Of a stretch of 48,671 nucleotides of DNA, positions 1-9,687 are shown piece by piece; within the stretch, counting starts at the first letter, position 1; every line of letters starts with the position of its first letter. This DNA is from Armatimonadota bacterium. Lineage in GTDB: Bacteria; Sysuimicrobiota; Sysuimicrobiia; Sysuimicrobiales; Humicultoraceae. The stretch is from positions 1 to 48,671 of the forward strand of contig JBBIOM010000014.1 in assembly GCA_037443365.1 (NCBI GenBank), read 5' to 3'. Below the pieces are notes generated by a model, which saw nothing but the letters and a program-made list of their open reading frames with translations, made no database searches and was not told the origin of the DNA. Made by a program: the position numbers and the translations under genes.

Positions 1-724
1 AGAGCATGTCGAAGGACACGTTGTTGAAGGCGTAGTTGTGCCCGAAGCGCACGTCATAGTTGATCCCGGTGTTGTTCGCGGCGTTGTTGGCCGCCAGCCG
101 GATCACTGCCGTCGCGTTGGGCGCAATGGTCCCGGTGAAGGTCAGGCGGGTGCGCATCCGCGCGTCGGGGTGCTTGTTGGCTGCTCCGCCGCCGGTCGGG
201 CCTGCCGGGAACACGTTGTAGCGGAAGCGCGCGTCGCCGGTGACCCGGGTGTTGTCCATGCGCGCGCGGAGCGCGGCCAGCTCCTCCTCGACCGCGGTCA
301 CCCGCACGCCGAGGGCAGCCAGCTCAGCCCGGAACTCCGCCACCAGGCGGTTCAGGGTGGTGATGCTGCCGGTCAGACGCGTGTCAAGCGCGCGAAGCGC
401 CGTCGTCTGCCTTCCCTCCGCGGCCGCGATGGCAGCGGTCACAGCGGGAGTCCGCGCCAGGTCCGGGGGCATCGGTGGGATCTTGATGGCCTCGATGCGC
501 GCCAGCACGCGCGCCACAACCATGGCCATCTCGTAGCGGGTCATCGCTCGGTCGCCGCGGAACGCTCCATCGGGATATCCCTCGATGAGGCCCTTGGCCG
601 CCAGCTCAGCGATCGCGTCGTACGCCCAGTGATCGGTGGGCACGTCCGCGAACGGCTGCGCCATGGCGGGGGCGACCAGCGTGAGAGACAGCAGTGCTGC
701 GAGAACGACAGCAATGTGCTTCAT
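1..724 (-). CDS. SLH-domain outer membrane porin (OmpM/SlpA-like), 3' part outside window
   Basis: Not in ORF track (runs off the edge). Manual translation from ATG 724: MKHIAVVLAALLSLTLVAPAMA (signal peptide), QPFADVPTDHWAYDAIAELAAKGLIEGYPDGAFRGDRAMTRYEMA (SLH motif), coiled coil (LVAEFRAELAALGVRVTAVEEE), then beta-strand start VTGDARFRY. Purine-rich RBS upstream. Confidence 0.9.
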   Translation of the reverse strand, partial: MKHIAVVLAALLSLTLVAPAMAQPFADVPTDHWAYDAIAELAAKGLIEGYPDGAFRGDRAMTRYEMAMVVARVLARIEAIKIPPMPPDLARTPAVTAAIAAAEGRQTTALRALDTRLTGSITTLNRLVAEFRAELAALGVRVTAVEEELAALRARMDNTRVTGDARFRYNVFPAGPTGGGAANKHPDARMRTRLTFTGTIAPNATAVIRLAANNAANNTGINYDVRFGHNYAFNNVSFDML

Positions 725-950
725 CGTTGGCTTCTTCCCCCTTCAGATGTGTTGCGTGTCTTAGGCCTTCCGGCACGCGGCGCGGGGGGATGGAGTGAGC
801 GTGTTTCCTCGCACCCTCCCTGCCTGTCCCTTCGGCCCCTCGTCCCGCTGCCTCGGTGCCCTGCCCTCTCCCCGGCCCTCCTCTGCGGGCGGGCGCCGCA
901 ATGCCTCTTCGGCTGCGGCATCGGATGACGCCTTGCGAACGATTATTCAC

Positions 951-979
951 AAACTACCAGAGGCCCGCCTCCGGCGCAA
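951..979 (-). promoter_or_regulatory. putative sigma70 promoter of SLH porin gene
   Basis: Minus strand TTGCGC-N17-TAGTTT with TG extension (TGgTAGTTT), next to an AT-rich patch in a high-GC genome. Confidence 0.5.
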
Positions 980-1112
980 GACCCCGACCGCAGGCGGCCC
1001 AGATGTTCGTACTGACCTTCGTGCTTCGCCATTCGGGGCCGGATTCCTCCTGCCCTGGCTTGGGCTTCCCTGACTTGGGCTCAAGGAAGACGGCTCGGGC
1101 CGTCTGGCGTGA

Positions 1113-1523
1113 TCACCCTCGCCCCTCCATCGCGGTCTCGGCCAGCAGCACGGCCGCGTAGTCGTCGTAGGGCTCGGGCGGGATTTGCAGGCCGAGCGGC
1201 ACCAGCCGCCGCCACCCGCGCGGCGGGTGCTCGGCGAAGTAGCGCAGCCGGGCGCGCAGCGTCGTGCCCCTTTCTTCGACCAGCGCGACGCGGCCGATGC
1301 CGGCACTTGCGAGCAGCGCGACCACATCCGCCGATCCGGTGCGGTTGCCCACGACCACCTCTGTCAGCGCGTATCGCTCCTTCCAGTCGCGCACGAGCGC
1401 CGGCAGGTCCTCGCGCGCAACCACCGCCCTCGCCCGCACGACCCCGGGTTCGCAGACGGCCACCCCGCACTTCCTTCTACCGGGGTCGATCGCCATCACC
1501 ACGCGCCGACAGGCAACGCTCAC
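1113..1523 (-). CDS. yqgF: YqgF/RuvX family nuclease (pre-16S rRNA processing / resolvase-like)
   Basis: MAIDPGRRKCGVAV, VVVGNRT, VEERGTTLRAR, DDYAAVLLA motifs; GTG start overlaps tonB stop (GTGA). Confidence 0.85.
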   Translation of the reverse strand: MSVACRRVVMAIDPGRRKCGVAVCEPGVVRARAVVAREDLPALVRDWKERYALTEVVVGNRTGSADVVALLASAGIGRVALVEERGTTLRARLRYFAEHPPRGWRRLVPLGLQIPPEPYDDYAAVLLAETAMEGRG

Positions 1524-2386
1524 GGCGCCACCACGAACGCCACCCAGATCAACACGACGCTTGCGATGGCCGCACCGTCCCGCCGCGCCGGCAGGAAGCG
1601 CCATCCTGCCGCGGTCGCGGCAGCCGCGGCGTCAAGTTCGGGGCGTCCCGAGGGCACCGCGACCTCGACGCGCCCCACCGTGCCGTCCTCGCGCACCAAC
1701 AGGCGCAGGCGCACCCGAGCAGCCAGCCGCTCGGCGCGCACCTCCGCGGTGAGGCCCGGGGCCTCCACGATCACGCGCCAGGCATCGGGATGCGCCGGCG
1801 GATGCAGGGAGATCGGAACCGGGGGCGAGAGCACCGAGGCCGCGGCAGGCGGCGCCGGGGTTGCGGAGGGCGCTGCGGGCTGAGCCGGTGCGGCGACCGG
1901 GGCCGGCGCGGGGACCGGGGCCGGCGGCGGCTGATCCGCGCCGGTGGCGCTGCCTGGGACTCCCGTACCTGGATGCGGCGCTGCGCCTGGCAGAGGTCGG
2001 CCGCCCGAGGCCCCTTCGCCTGCGGCGGCAGGCGCGGCAGCACCACCGGCCTGCTCTGGCTTAGGTATGGGACTGCGGGCCTGAGGCTGCGCGGGCGGCC
2101 TCTGGGCTGCGGGCTTCTGCTCCGGCGGCTTCTTGGGCTTCTTCTCTGGGGGCTTGTGCTCCGGTAGCGGAGGCACAGATGCGGTCTCGTCTGCGCGCAG
2201 CCCGGATTCCTCTTCTGCCGAGGGCGCGGGCGCGCCCGAGGCCGGGGCGGGGGAAGCGCGTCGAGCAGCGCCCCCGCCAGGGGCCGCTTCATCAGAGGGT
2301 GTCCGACCGCCCAGCAGCAGGCCGGCGGCGAGGACCGCCACGGCGGCCAGCGCGGCCGGCAGGATGAGGGCAGGCAGGCGCTTCAT
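1520..2386 (-). CDS. tonB: TonB family energy transducer
   Basis: N-terminal TM anchor, Pro/Lys/Ala-rich linker, C-terminal TonB domain (VRLRLLVREDGTVGRVEVAVPSGRPELDAAA...WRFLPARRDG); ATGA overlap with receptor stop. Confidence 0.9.
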   Translation of the reverse strand: MKRLPALILPAALAAVAVLAAGLLLGGRTPSDEAAPGGGAARRASPAPASGAPAPSAEEESGLRADETASVPPLPEHKPPEKKPKKPPEQKPAAQRPPAQPQARSPIPKPEQAGGAAAPAAAGEGASGGRPLPGAAPHPGTGVPGSATGADQPPPAPVPAPAPVAAPAQPAAPSATPAPPAAASVLSPPVPISLHPPAHPDAWRVIVEAPGLTAEVRAERLAARVRLRLLVREDGTVGRVEVAVPSGRPELDAAAAATAAGWRFLPARRDGAAIASVVLIWVAFVVAP

Positions 2387-4182
2387 CTGCGCAGGACGTA
2401 CTCCACGGTAAGCGTTCGACCGGATGCGGGATAGCCCTGCACGGGTTCGTAGCGGGCATCGAGGAGGTTCTGGATCGAGAGGCGCAGCGCAGTTCCGGGT
2501 GATAGCGGCACCTGCGCCGACAGACCCACGCTCAGGTACGCCGGCAGCGTAACCGTGTTGGCGGAGTCGGCGAACCGCGCGCCAATGAGCGTGGCCGAGG
2601 CGGTCGCCGAGGCTCCGCGCGGCAGCGCCGCAGAGAGCGCCAGCGCCGCGGAATGGCGCGCCCGGTTGGGCAGGTCGAGCCCGGTCGCCGCATCCGTGGC
2701 CGCCAGCCATGTGGAGGACGCGCGCAGTCGCCAGGTCGGGCCTATCGCGCCCTCGAGCTCCACCGATGTGCCGCGGATCGTTGCCGCTCCCACGTTCTGC
2801 GGCGAGAAGACGAAGAGGTCATCGGGAACCCAGAGGATGAGATCGCGCACATCGCTCCAGAAGACGGTCACGCGTGCCGTGGCGCCGGGCCAGGGCGACG
2901 CCTCCAATCCGGCATCCACCGACCAGGCGTGCTCGGGGCGCAGCGCCGGGTTGCCGACCGCGAAACCGTCAAAGGGGTAGTACAGTTCGGCCATCGTCGG
3001 GCCGCGGAAGGTGCGGCCCGCGGCCAGGCGCAGGCGCAGGTCCGGGCGCGCGAAGTAGACCAGGCCTGCGCGCGGGCTGATCTGGGCGCCGTAGGCCGAG
3101 TGCAGGTCGGCGCGCAACCCGATCGAAAGCAGCAGGCGCGGTGTGAGCACCCGGTCGTCCTGCACGTAGAGCGCGCCGACAGTCGCCGACCGCTCTCCCA
3201 CGCTGGTGCTTCGCAGGTGCTGGAGCGCCAGGTCCGCGCCCAGCGTCACGGCGCGCGACGGAGAGAGCCGCGCGGCGCGCTGCCACTCGGCCGCCCATGC
3301 CGTCCCTGTGTGCCTGTCGTCAATCCACCAGCCGGGATCGCGGTAGGCGAGATGCTCGCGTTGCGCGGCGAAGCGCAGGCGGTTGGTGATGCCGCCCTGC
3401 TCCGACTCGAGCGTGAGCGAGGCGGCCAGGCGGCCGTCCTCCTGTCGGGCCAGCGGCGAGGGGAAGAAGGTCGAGCCCGGAGATCCCCGCGATGCGCTCG
3501 AGCCGATCACGCTGAGGTCCCACCGGCGCCCGGCGGCCGCGTCGCCCATGCGCAGCGAGAGGTAGCCGCCGCTCAGGTCGCTGTTGGGGCGCTCGCCGTC
3601 GGCCGCGTCGTAGCGCAGCGTCAGGCGGGCCTGGCCTCCGCCCGTGACCCCGAGACTGCGCAGGCCGAAGGAGCCGGCGCCCAGCGCGACCGCGCCCTCC
3701 GTGCGGCGGCGCGTGACGATGGATATCACGCCCCCCAGCGCACCGCTGCCGTAGATGGCGGAGAACGGCCCGCGCAGCACCTCGATGCGCTCGATGTCGT
3801 CCACCGGGATCGTGCCAAGGTCCACGGTCCCCGCGAAGACGCTGTTCAACGCAACGCCGTCCAGCAGCACCAGCACCTGCTCGGCGCTGCTCCCCCGTAT
3901 GCTGGGGGTGATCAGGCCGGCTGCGCCGCCGTAGGCGCGCGCCGCCACTTCGGGCAGGAACGCGATCGCCTCGCCCACGGTGCGCACGCCCAGCCGCCGC
4001 AGTTCCGCACCGGTGAGCACCGATACGCTGGCCGGGGATGCCGGAGCGGGCTGGGGACGCCGTGACGGCGAGACGACGTCAGGCAGTTCAAACTCGGGTG
4101 GGGGCTCCTGCGAAAGAAGCGGGACACAGAGCACCAGCGTGAGGAATGCGCACAGCGAAGAAGCCAGCAAACGGGCGAACAC
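2383..4182 (-). CDS. btuB: TonB-dependent receptor, BtuB-like (cobalamin uptake)
   Basis: Signal peptide, plug motifs (SIRGSSAEQVLVLLDG; IERIEVLRGPFSAIYGSGALGGVISIVT), C-terminal NLLDARY...GRT barrel end; directly downstream of a cobalamin riboswitch. Confidence 0.85.
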   Translation of the reverse strand: MFARLLASSLCAFLTLVLCVPLLSQEPPPEFELPDVVSPSRRPQPAPASPASVSVLTGAELRRLGVRTVGEAIAFLPEVAARAYGGAAGLITPSIRGSSAEQVLVLLDGVALNSVFAGTVDLGTIPVDDIERIEVLRGPFSAIYGSGALGGVISIVTRRRTEGAVALGAGSFGLRSLGVTGGGQARLTLRYDAADGERPNSDLSGGYLSLRMGDAAAGRRWDLSVIGSSASRGSPGSTFFPSPLARQEDGRLAASLTLESEQGGITNRLRFAAQREHLAYRDPGWWIDDRHTGTAWAAEWQRAARLSPSRAVTLGADLALQHLRSTSVGERSATVGALYVQDDRVLTPRLLLSIGLRADLHSAYGAQISPRAGLVYFARPDLRLRLAAGRTFRGPTMAELYYPFDGFAVGNPALRPEHAWSVDAGLEASPWPGATARVTVFWSDVRDLILWVPDDLFVFSPQNVGAATIRGTSVELEGAIGPTWRLRASSTWLAATDAATGLDLPNRARHSAALALSAALPRGASATASATLIGARFADSANTVTLPAYLSVGLSAQVPLSPGTALRLSIQNLLDARYEPVQGYPASGRTLTVEYVLRR

Positions 4183-4217
4183 CTGCCCACCTCCCTTGCC
4201 TCGAAGGCGTGTGGCAT

Positions 4218-4427
4218 CGGTGCAGGCAGGTCTTCTGGCTCGGGATCATCGCAGGGCGCCGGCCTTCCCAGGAGGTCTTCCCAGTGGCATGCCCCAAAGG
4301 GGGGCGCCTGCTCTCCGTGACAGCGGCGGGACCGCGCCGGGCTTCCACGGTCGCAACATGCGACCGGGCCACACCGGACTTCCCTATTATGGCGCAGTGC
4401 CTGGTACCCCTGCGCCGACCTGCACCG
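4218..4427 (-). ncRNA. cobalamin (AdoCbl) riboswitch
   Basis: Minus strand: P1 GGTGCAGG...CCTGCACC; AATAGGGAAGTCCGGTG; GCGGTCCCGCCGCTGTCA; GCCACTGGGAA...GGGAAGG; B12 box GAGCCAGAAGACCTGCC. Confidence 0.95.
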
Positions 4428-4473
4428 CCGCGGTCTGGATTCGACGGATGGGGCCGCGTTCCTCTTGCCCGTG

Positions 4474-5379
4474 CTACTTGAGGGCGAACGTGACCGTCAG
4501 CTGGGAGTCGGTCATGATGTTCGCGCGCGCCAGCACCGCCACCCGCACCTCGCGGTGCTGCCCCGCGATCCGCGTGATTGTGGCCCGGTGATCGTCCGCG
4601 TCTATCTGCCCACGCGGCAGTTCCGTGATGCGGGCAAAGGGCGGGGAGAGGACCTTGGCCTGCGCCTGCTCCGCGGCCGCGTCAACCAGGGCGAACAGGC
4701 CGCGCCCTATCTCCTCGCGCGTTCCCATCCCGCTGACCACGCCTTCGCCCAGCACGGTCCCCTTTGCGTAGACAAGACGGCGGTCCACGAGCTGCACGAA
4801 TATCCGCAGGGACTCCCCGCGCAGCGAGTTCTCCTGCGCCACGATGCGCACGACCGTTTCCCTGCCGCGGAGCGCGATCAGGCGCGCGAGCGCCTCCCAG
4901 GTCAGGTTGGGCGGGTAGAGACTGAACACCGCGCCGGTAGCCAGGTTGGGCGCGACGCCGTTGCCCGCGGCCAGGTCCACCGCGCGCAGCCGCAGCGCGT
5001 CCAGCCGGTTGAGTATTTCGGGTTGCGGCAGCCGGCCGTCAATCACCTCCCGGAGCACCTCCTGGTTGCGCATGTAGGCGATGTCCCCTCCGGCCACCTC
5101 GCGCAGCCGCGCCTCGGCCTCATCTATCTGCCGGCGGAGGTCGTCGAGCCGGAACAGCCCGATCCGGGCGTCCGATGATACAAGCACGACAGACACCAGC
5201 GTGATGAGGGTGATCAGCATGCCGGTCGCCACGGCGATGATGTGCGCGGTGTGCCGGGGGCGAAGCCCCAGGAACGTGAGACGGCGACGCCCAATCGCCC
5301 GCCCGACCGTGTTTCCAACGTAGGCGACCACCCCGCTGACGACGATCAGCACCGGGATCAGGATCAGGCCGAGCCTCAT
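4474..5379 (-). CDS. DUF3084 domain membrane protein
   Basis: N-terminus VVAYVGNTVGRAIGRRRLTFLGLRPRHTA matches the DUF3084 pattern; two TM segments then coiled coil; ATGA overlap with upstream gene. Confidence 0.8.
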   Translation of the reverse strand: MRLGLILIPVLIVVSGVVAYVGNTVGRAIGRRRLTFLGLRPRHTAHIIAVATGMLITLITLVSVVLVSSDARIGLFRLDDLRRQIDEAEARLREVAGGDIAYMRNQEVLREVIDGRLPQPEILNRLDALRLRAVDLAAGNGVAPNLATGAVFSLYPPNLTWEALARLIALRGRETVVRIVAQENSLRGESLRIFVQLVDRRLVYAKGTVLGEGVVSGMGTREEIGRGLFALVDAAAEQAQAKVLSPPFARITELPRGQIDADDHRATITRIAGQHREVRVAVLARANIMTDSQLTVTFALK

Positions 5380-7028
5380 CGGGCGCCCTCCCTCTCGGAG
5401 CACGGACCAGGCCCTTCCTTCAGGAAGATGCGATACCCGCGGTCCTCCACCTGCAAGCGCGCTCCCGCTGGCAGCAGCCGCGGGCTCCACCAATCCGGCG
5501 GGTCGGGCGGCAGGACGACGAACAGCCGCGCGTGGCCGGAGATCGCGTCTGCCATCTCCTCGGGGGCTTCTACCCAGACGATGCGGCGTCCGGAGTAGAA
5601 GCCGAGCGAGACGGCCGTGTTCATGCCCACCGCGGCGACGGCGTCTTGGGGGCACGCAGCCCCGGCTATCGCCCGCGCGATCCGCGGGATCGGACGGTAG
5701 CGCTCCATTGCAGGAAGCGTGACGTGCACCAGCACCGGCACGGCTACGACCGGGACCAACAGGAGCGCCGCAAGGCCTGCCCGCATCCGGCCCGACAGCA
5801 TGAAGCCGGCGGCCACGAGCGGCCCGGCGGCGAAGACCGCGGCCGCGGCCGCCACCGGCGCGCGCAGGTCTTGCATCTGTGATGGGAACTTGGTCCATCC
5901 GTGCAGCGCGATCGCCCCCACGAACACCGCCGCGCTTGCGGCCAGCAGCCCTGCGGTCAGGCGCACGAGACCGCGCGTCTCGCCCCGGGCGCCGGCGGCG
6001 ATCTCCTCCCACGCGCGCGCTGTCCCGATTGCCAACAGCGGGTAGACCGGCAGGATGTAGTTGGGCAGCTTGGTGCCGGCCATCGAGTAGAACAGCAGGG
6101 TAATACCGCTCCAGAGAAGGATCACCTGGCTGCCTATCTCGCGGTGCCGCCTCGCGTGGTGGAGCACCCCCACGGGAAGGAACGCTGTCCAGGGGAAGGC
6201 CCCCACGATCAGAACCGGGACGTAGTACCACCATGGTCCGGGCTGGTTCTCGACAACGCCGAAGAAACGGTTGAGCAGGTAGTAGCCAACCGCGCTGCGC
6301 AGGAACGGCTCGCCGTGCCGCAGCGCCTCAAGCGCGTACCATGATAGCCCGACCAAACAGAAGAGGGCGACGCCCGAGGGAGGGATCCTCCGCCAGGCCG
6401 ACCGGTCGCGCCGGACGATCCACAGGGCGACCACGGTCATGGCCGGCAGCAGCAGGCCGATCGGACCCTTAGTCAGTGTGGCCAGGCCGGCCCACACCCA
6501 CGCCCACACCGCTGCGCGGGAGGATCCGCCGGTGTACGCCACCAGATACGCGTAGAGCGCGAGCAGCATGAACAGCACCAGCGTGGGATCGAACACCGCG
6601 AGCCGCGACTGGGCCAGGAACTGGAAGGTCGTAGCCAGGATCGCCCCGGCAAGCACGCCTGTGGTCGGCCCGTAGAGCAGCCGCCCAATAAGGAAGGTGA
6701 CGCCCACCGCGCCGGCGCCGGAGATGGCGGACCAGATTCGCGCCGCGGCCTCGGTGAACCCAAACACCCGGCCGGTTGCGGCTTGGAGCCAGAAGAACAG
6801 CGGGGGATGCACGAACCACGGACGGCCGTTGCTGCGCAGTGTGATCGGATCGCCGCTCTCCAGGATCTCGCGCGCGATGCCGGCGTACCTGGGCTCGTCC
6901 TGGTCCCAGAGCGTCCCTGTGCCGATGCCGTAGCCAAAGAGCAGCAACGCCGCCAGGGTGACCGCAAGCGGCAGCCGCCATCCGGCGGGGGTGCCGCGTT
7001 CGCTCGCCGGCGCGGGGGCTCCGATCAC
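5376..7028 (-). CDS. ArnT/PMT-like (GT83/GT39) membrane glycosyltransferase
   Basis: DQDEPRYA, HPPLFFW, LATLTKGPIG, QPGPWWYY, TKLPNYILP motifs and many TM helices. Start is GTG 7028 (AGGAG RBS) or GTG 7043. Confidence 0.88.
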   Translation of the reverse strand: MIGAPAPASERGTPAGWRLPLAVTLAALLLFGYGIGTGTLWDQDEPRYAGIAREILESGDPITLRSNGRPWFVHPPLFFWLQAATGRVFGFTEAAARIWSAISGAGAVGVTFLIGRLLYGPTTGVLAGAILATTFQFLAQSRLAVFDPTLVLFMLLALYAYLVAYTGGSSRAAVWAWVWAGLATLTKGPIGLLLPAMTVVALWIVRRDRSAWRRIPPSGVALFCLVGLSWYALEALRHGEPFLRSAVGYYLLNRFFGVVENQPGPWWYYVPVLIVGAFPWTAFLPVGVLHHARRHREIGSQVILLWSGITLLFYSMAGTKLPNYILPVYPLLAIGTARAWEEIAAGARGETRGLVRLTAGLLAASAAVFVGAIALHGWTKFPSQMQDLRAPVAAAAAVFAAGPLVAAGFMLSGRMRAGLAALLLVPVVAVPVLVHVTLPAMERYRPIPRIARAIAGAACPQDAVAAVGMNTAVSLGFYSGRRIVWVEAPEEMADAISGHARLFVVLPPDPPDWWSPRLLPAGARLQVEDRGYRIFLKEGPGPCSEREGAR

Positions 7029-7039
7029 CGGGACTCCTG

Positions 7040-8110
7040 TCACCTGGCGAACCAGAGCAGGCAGCCTCCGGCGGACGCCACCATCAGGTTCGGCAGCCAT
7101 GCCGCCCAGAAGGCGGTGATCTGCCCGCGCTCCCCGAGGGTGATTGTTATGGACATGAGCAGGTAGTAGGCGATCAGCACCAGCACCGTGATCCCCAGGC
7201 CCGTGGAGCGCCCCGACCTGTGCGGCCGCAGCCCCAGGGGGACGGCGAGCAGCGCGAAGATCAGGCTGCTCGCCGGAAGGGCGATCTTCGCCTGGAGATT
7301 GACCGCGTATCGCACGGCGCTCTCCCCGGCCAGGCGGAGCGCGGCGATGTGCGCTCGCAGCTCGCCGATCGTCATCTCGCTGGGGTCGCGGCGCGGAAGC
7401 GCCATCTGCCTGGGCGTGCGCGCCAGGGCCACGCGCATCTGGTCGAACGTGACCTCCACGCCTGAACCGGCGCCAAGCGGGTACAGGGTGCCCTGCTTCA
7501 GAACCCATCCCGCCGCGGTGTAGCGCGCCTGCCGGGCCTCTATCAGGCGCACCGGCCGGCCCTGCTGGAACTGCGTGATGGTCACGCCGCGCATCGCGCC
7601 GTCGCTCGTGTCGAGCTCGATCGCGTAAAACACCGAATCCATGCCGTCCACCGGCTCGCGGAAGAGGACGTGGTGATGGATCGGGCGGGGCTGAGCCTGA
7701 ATCGCCTCGCTCAAAATCTCGCGGTAGCGCGTCTCGGAGCGCGGCACCACCCACTCGTTCATGCCCAGCGACGCCGCGGTGATCGCCGCGCCCGCGGCCA
7801 GCACGGGCAGCGCGATGCGCGCCAGGCTCCAACCCGTGGTGCGCAGGGCAGTGATCTCGTTGCGGTCGCTGAGGCGACCCGTGGCCAACAGCGTGGCCAG
7901 CAGCGTGGCCATCGGAAGACCGTAGACCGCCAGGTATGGGATCCGCAGCACGAGCAGGTAGAGACTTGTGCGCACGGGCACGCCCGAATCGGCGGCCAGA
8001 CGCGCCAGGAAGAAGAGGTGGTTGGCCAGCAGCAGCGTCGTGAAGACGGCGACGCCGAACAGGAATATGCCGCCGACCTCGCGCAAGATGTAGCGGTCAA
8101 TCAGGCGCAT
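7040..8110 (-). CDS. LPS export ABC permease LptF/LptG
   Basis: MRLIDRYILRE start, RLSDRNEITALRTTG, six-TM layout with periplasmic beta domain, AAWLPN end. Confidence 0.92.
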   Translation of the reverse strand: MRLIDRYILREVGGIFLFGVAVFTTLLLANHLFFLARLAADSGVPVRTSLYLLVLRIPYLAVYGLPMATLLATLLATGRLSDRNEITALRTTGWSLARIALPVLAAGAAITAASLGMNEWVVPRSETRYREILSEAIQAQPRPIHHHVLFREPVDGMDSVFYAIELDTSDGAMRGVTITQFQQGRPVRLIEARQARYTAAGWVLKQGTLYPLGAGSGVEVTFDQMRVALARTPRQMALPRRDPSEMTIGELRAHIAALRLAGESAVRYAVNLQAKIALPASSLIFALLAVPLGLRPHRSGRSTGLGITVLVLIAYYLLMSITITLGERGQITAFWAAWLPNLMVASAGGCLLWFAR

Positions 8111-8115
8111 GGGCG

Positions 8116-8838
8116 TCAGAGCCTGAACCGCTCACCGAGGTAGAAGCGCCGTGCGTCCTCGCTGGCCATGATCTCCTCGGCCGTCCCCGCGAACAGGATG
8201 CGGCCTTCGTGGATGATCTCCGATCGGTCGGTGATCGCGAGCGTGTCCCTGACGTTGTGGTCGGTTATCACCACGCCCAACCCGCGCCGGCGCAGCTGCA
8301 CGACAACCTCCTGGATCTCGGCCACCGACTTGGGATCCACGCCCGTGAACGGCTCGTCCAGCAGGATGAACGACGGCTCCATGGCGAGCACCCGGGCGAT
8401 CTCCACGCGACGACGCTCTCCGCCGGAGAGCGTGCCCCCGAGCTGCCGGCGCAGGTGCGCCAGCTCGAACTCCTCGATCAGCCTGTCGGCCGTCTCCTGC
8501 CATGACTCCCTGGGCCTGCCCGTGGTCTCGAGGACCGCGGCGATGTTCTCCTCGACGGTCAGGCCCCTGAATACCGATGGCTCCTGGCTCAGGTAGCCGA
8601 TCCCGCGCCGCGCGCGCAGGTGCACCGGCAGGCCGGTGATCGGCTGATCGTCGAGCCAGACATCCCCGGCATCAGGACGGATGAGGCCCACAATCATGTA
8701 GAAGGTCGTGGTCTTGCCGGCGCCGTTGGGCCCCAGCAGGCCGACGATCTCCCCGCGCTCGACGCTGAGGTCCACCCCGTCCACGACGGCGCGCCGCCCG
8801 TAGTGCTTGAAGAGCCCTCTTGCCGCCAGCATCCGCAT
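8116..8838 (-). CDS. lptB: LPS export ABC ATPase LptB
   Basis: GPNGAGKTTTFY, LSQEPSVFR, LSGGERRRVEIAR, LLDEPF, ITDHNVRDTL, FYLGERF. Confidence 0.96.
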   Translation of the reverse strand: MRMLAARGLFKHYGRRAVVDGVDLSVERGEIVGLLGPNGAGKTTTFYMIVGLIRPDAGDVWLDDQPITGLPVHLRARRGIGYLSQEPSVFRGLTVEENIAAVLETTGRPRESWQETADRLIEEFELAHLRRQLGGTLSGGERRRVEIARVLAMEPSFILLDEPFTGVDPKSVAEIQEVVVQLRRRGLGVVITDHNVRDTLAITDRSEIIHEGRILFAGTAEEIMASEDARRFYLGERFRL

Positions 8839-8844
8839 GCTCTC

Positions 8845-9687
8845 CTAGGGTGGCGCGATGTTCAGCCGCGGGGCTCCGCGCGCCGTGATCCTCACCCCGT
8901 CCAGGTCCACGTCAATCTGCTCGGCCGTCAGGCGGTCGCCACCCCTGGACACGTGCGCGTCGCCTGTCAGCGTGGCCCGGCGCTCCTTGAGATAGACGTC
9001 CACCCGACGAGCGCTTCCCGCGATGTCCGCGCGGCGCAGGCGCGCCGATCCTATCCCGCGTGCGATCTCCTCGTCCAGCAGCAGCGTGATGAGATCAGCC
9101 GTCATCTGGGTGTCATCGAAGCGCGCCTCGGGCTCGCCGCTGGCCACCGCGGTTCGGGAGGCGTCATCGTACTCAAGGCGACGGCCCGCCAGGCTCCATT
9201 CGCCGCGGCGCAGCGTGACACCGCCTGCCGCGGTCAGCTTCCTGGTCTTGAGCGTTCCTTCGACCTCGGGAGCCACGAGTGTCGCGGCCTTGGCTCCGCG
9301 TCCGCTCACCACCCGCACCGCGCCGCTCGCGCGTACGCGGTCATCGGTCAGGTGCATCTCGATCAGGTCGGCGCGCACGGTCAGGTCGGCATCGGAGAGT
9401 TCGGCGCCGCCGTCGGCGACGAGGGTCCGCGCGCGCTGGTCGTAACGGATGCGGGGAGCGCGCAGGACGAGTGCGCCTCGCGTTGCGATCGCCGGCGCTC
9501 CCTCCGCTCGCCAGACCCGGCTGCCCTCGTCGTACTCCAGGCGGGTCGCCCCGGAGAGTTCAACGGCCTGGGCCGAGGCGCCAGACGGCGGCTGCGCGCG
9601 GGCGGACAGGGTCTGGGACGCGCACAGCGCCACCACGAGGCAGGCGGCAGCGCAAGGACCCCAGGCGCTACTGCTCAACCGAGACAC
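8845..9687 (-). CDS. lptA: LptA/OstA-like periplasmic beta-jellyroll protein (apparently extended)
   Basis: Signal peptide followed by repeated OstA-like strands (LEYD...ADGG; LEYDD...ASGEP); located between lptC and lptB. Start codon uncertain. Confidence 0.75.
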   Translation of the reverse strand: MSRLSSSAWGPCAAACLVVALCASQTLSARAQPPSGASAQAVELSGATRLEYDEGSRVWRAEGAPAIATRGALVLRAPRIRYDQRARTLVADGGAELSDADLTVRADLIEMHLTDDRVRASGAVRVVSGRGAKAATLVAPEVEGTLKTRKLTAAGGVTLRRGEWSLAGRRLEYDDASRTAVASGEPEARFDDTQMTADLITLLLDEEIARGIGSARLRRADIAGSARRVDVYLKERRATLTGDAHVSRGGDRLTAEQIDVDLDGVRITARGAPRLNIAPP

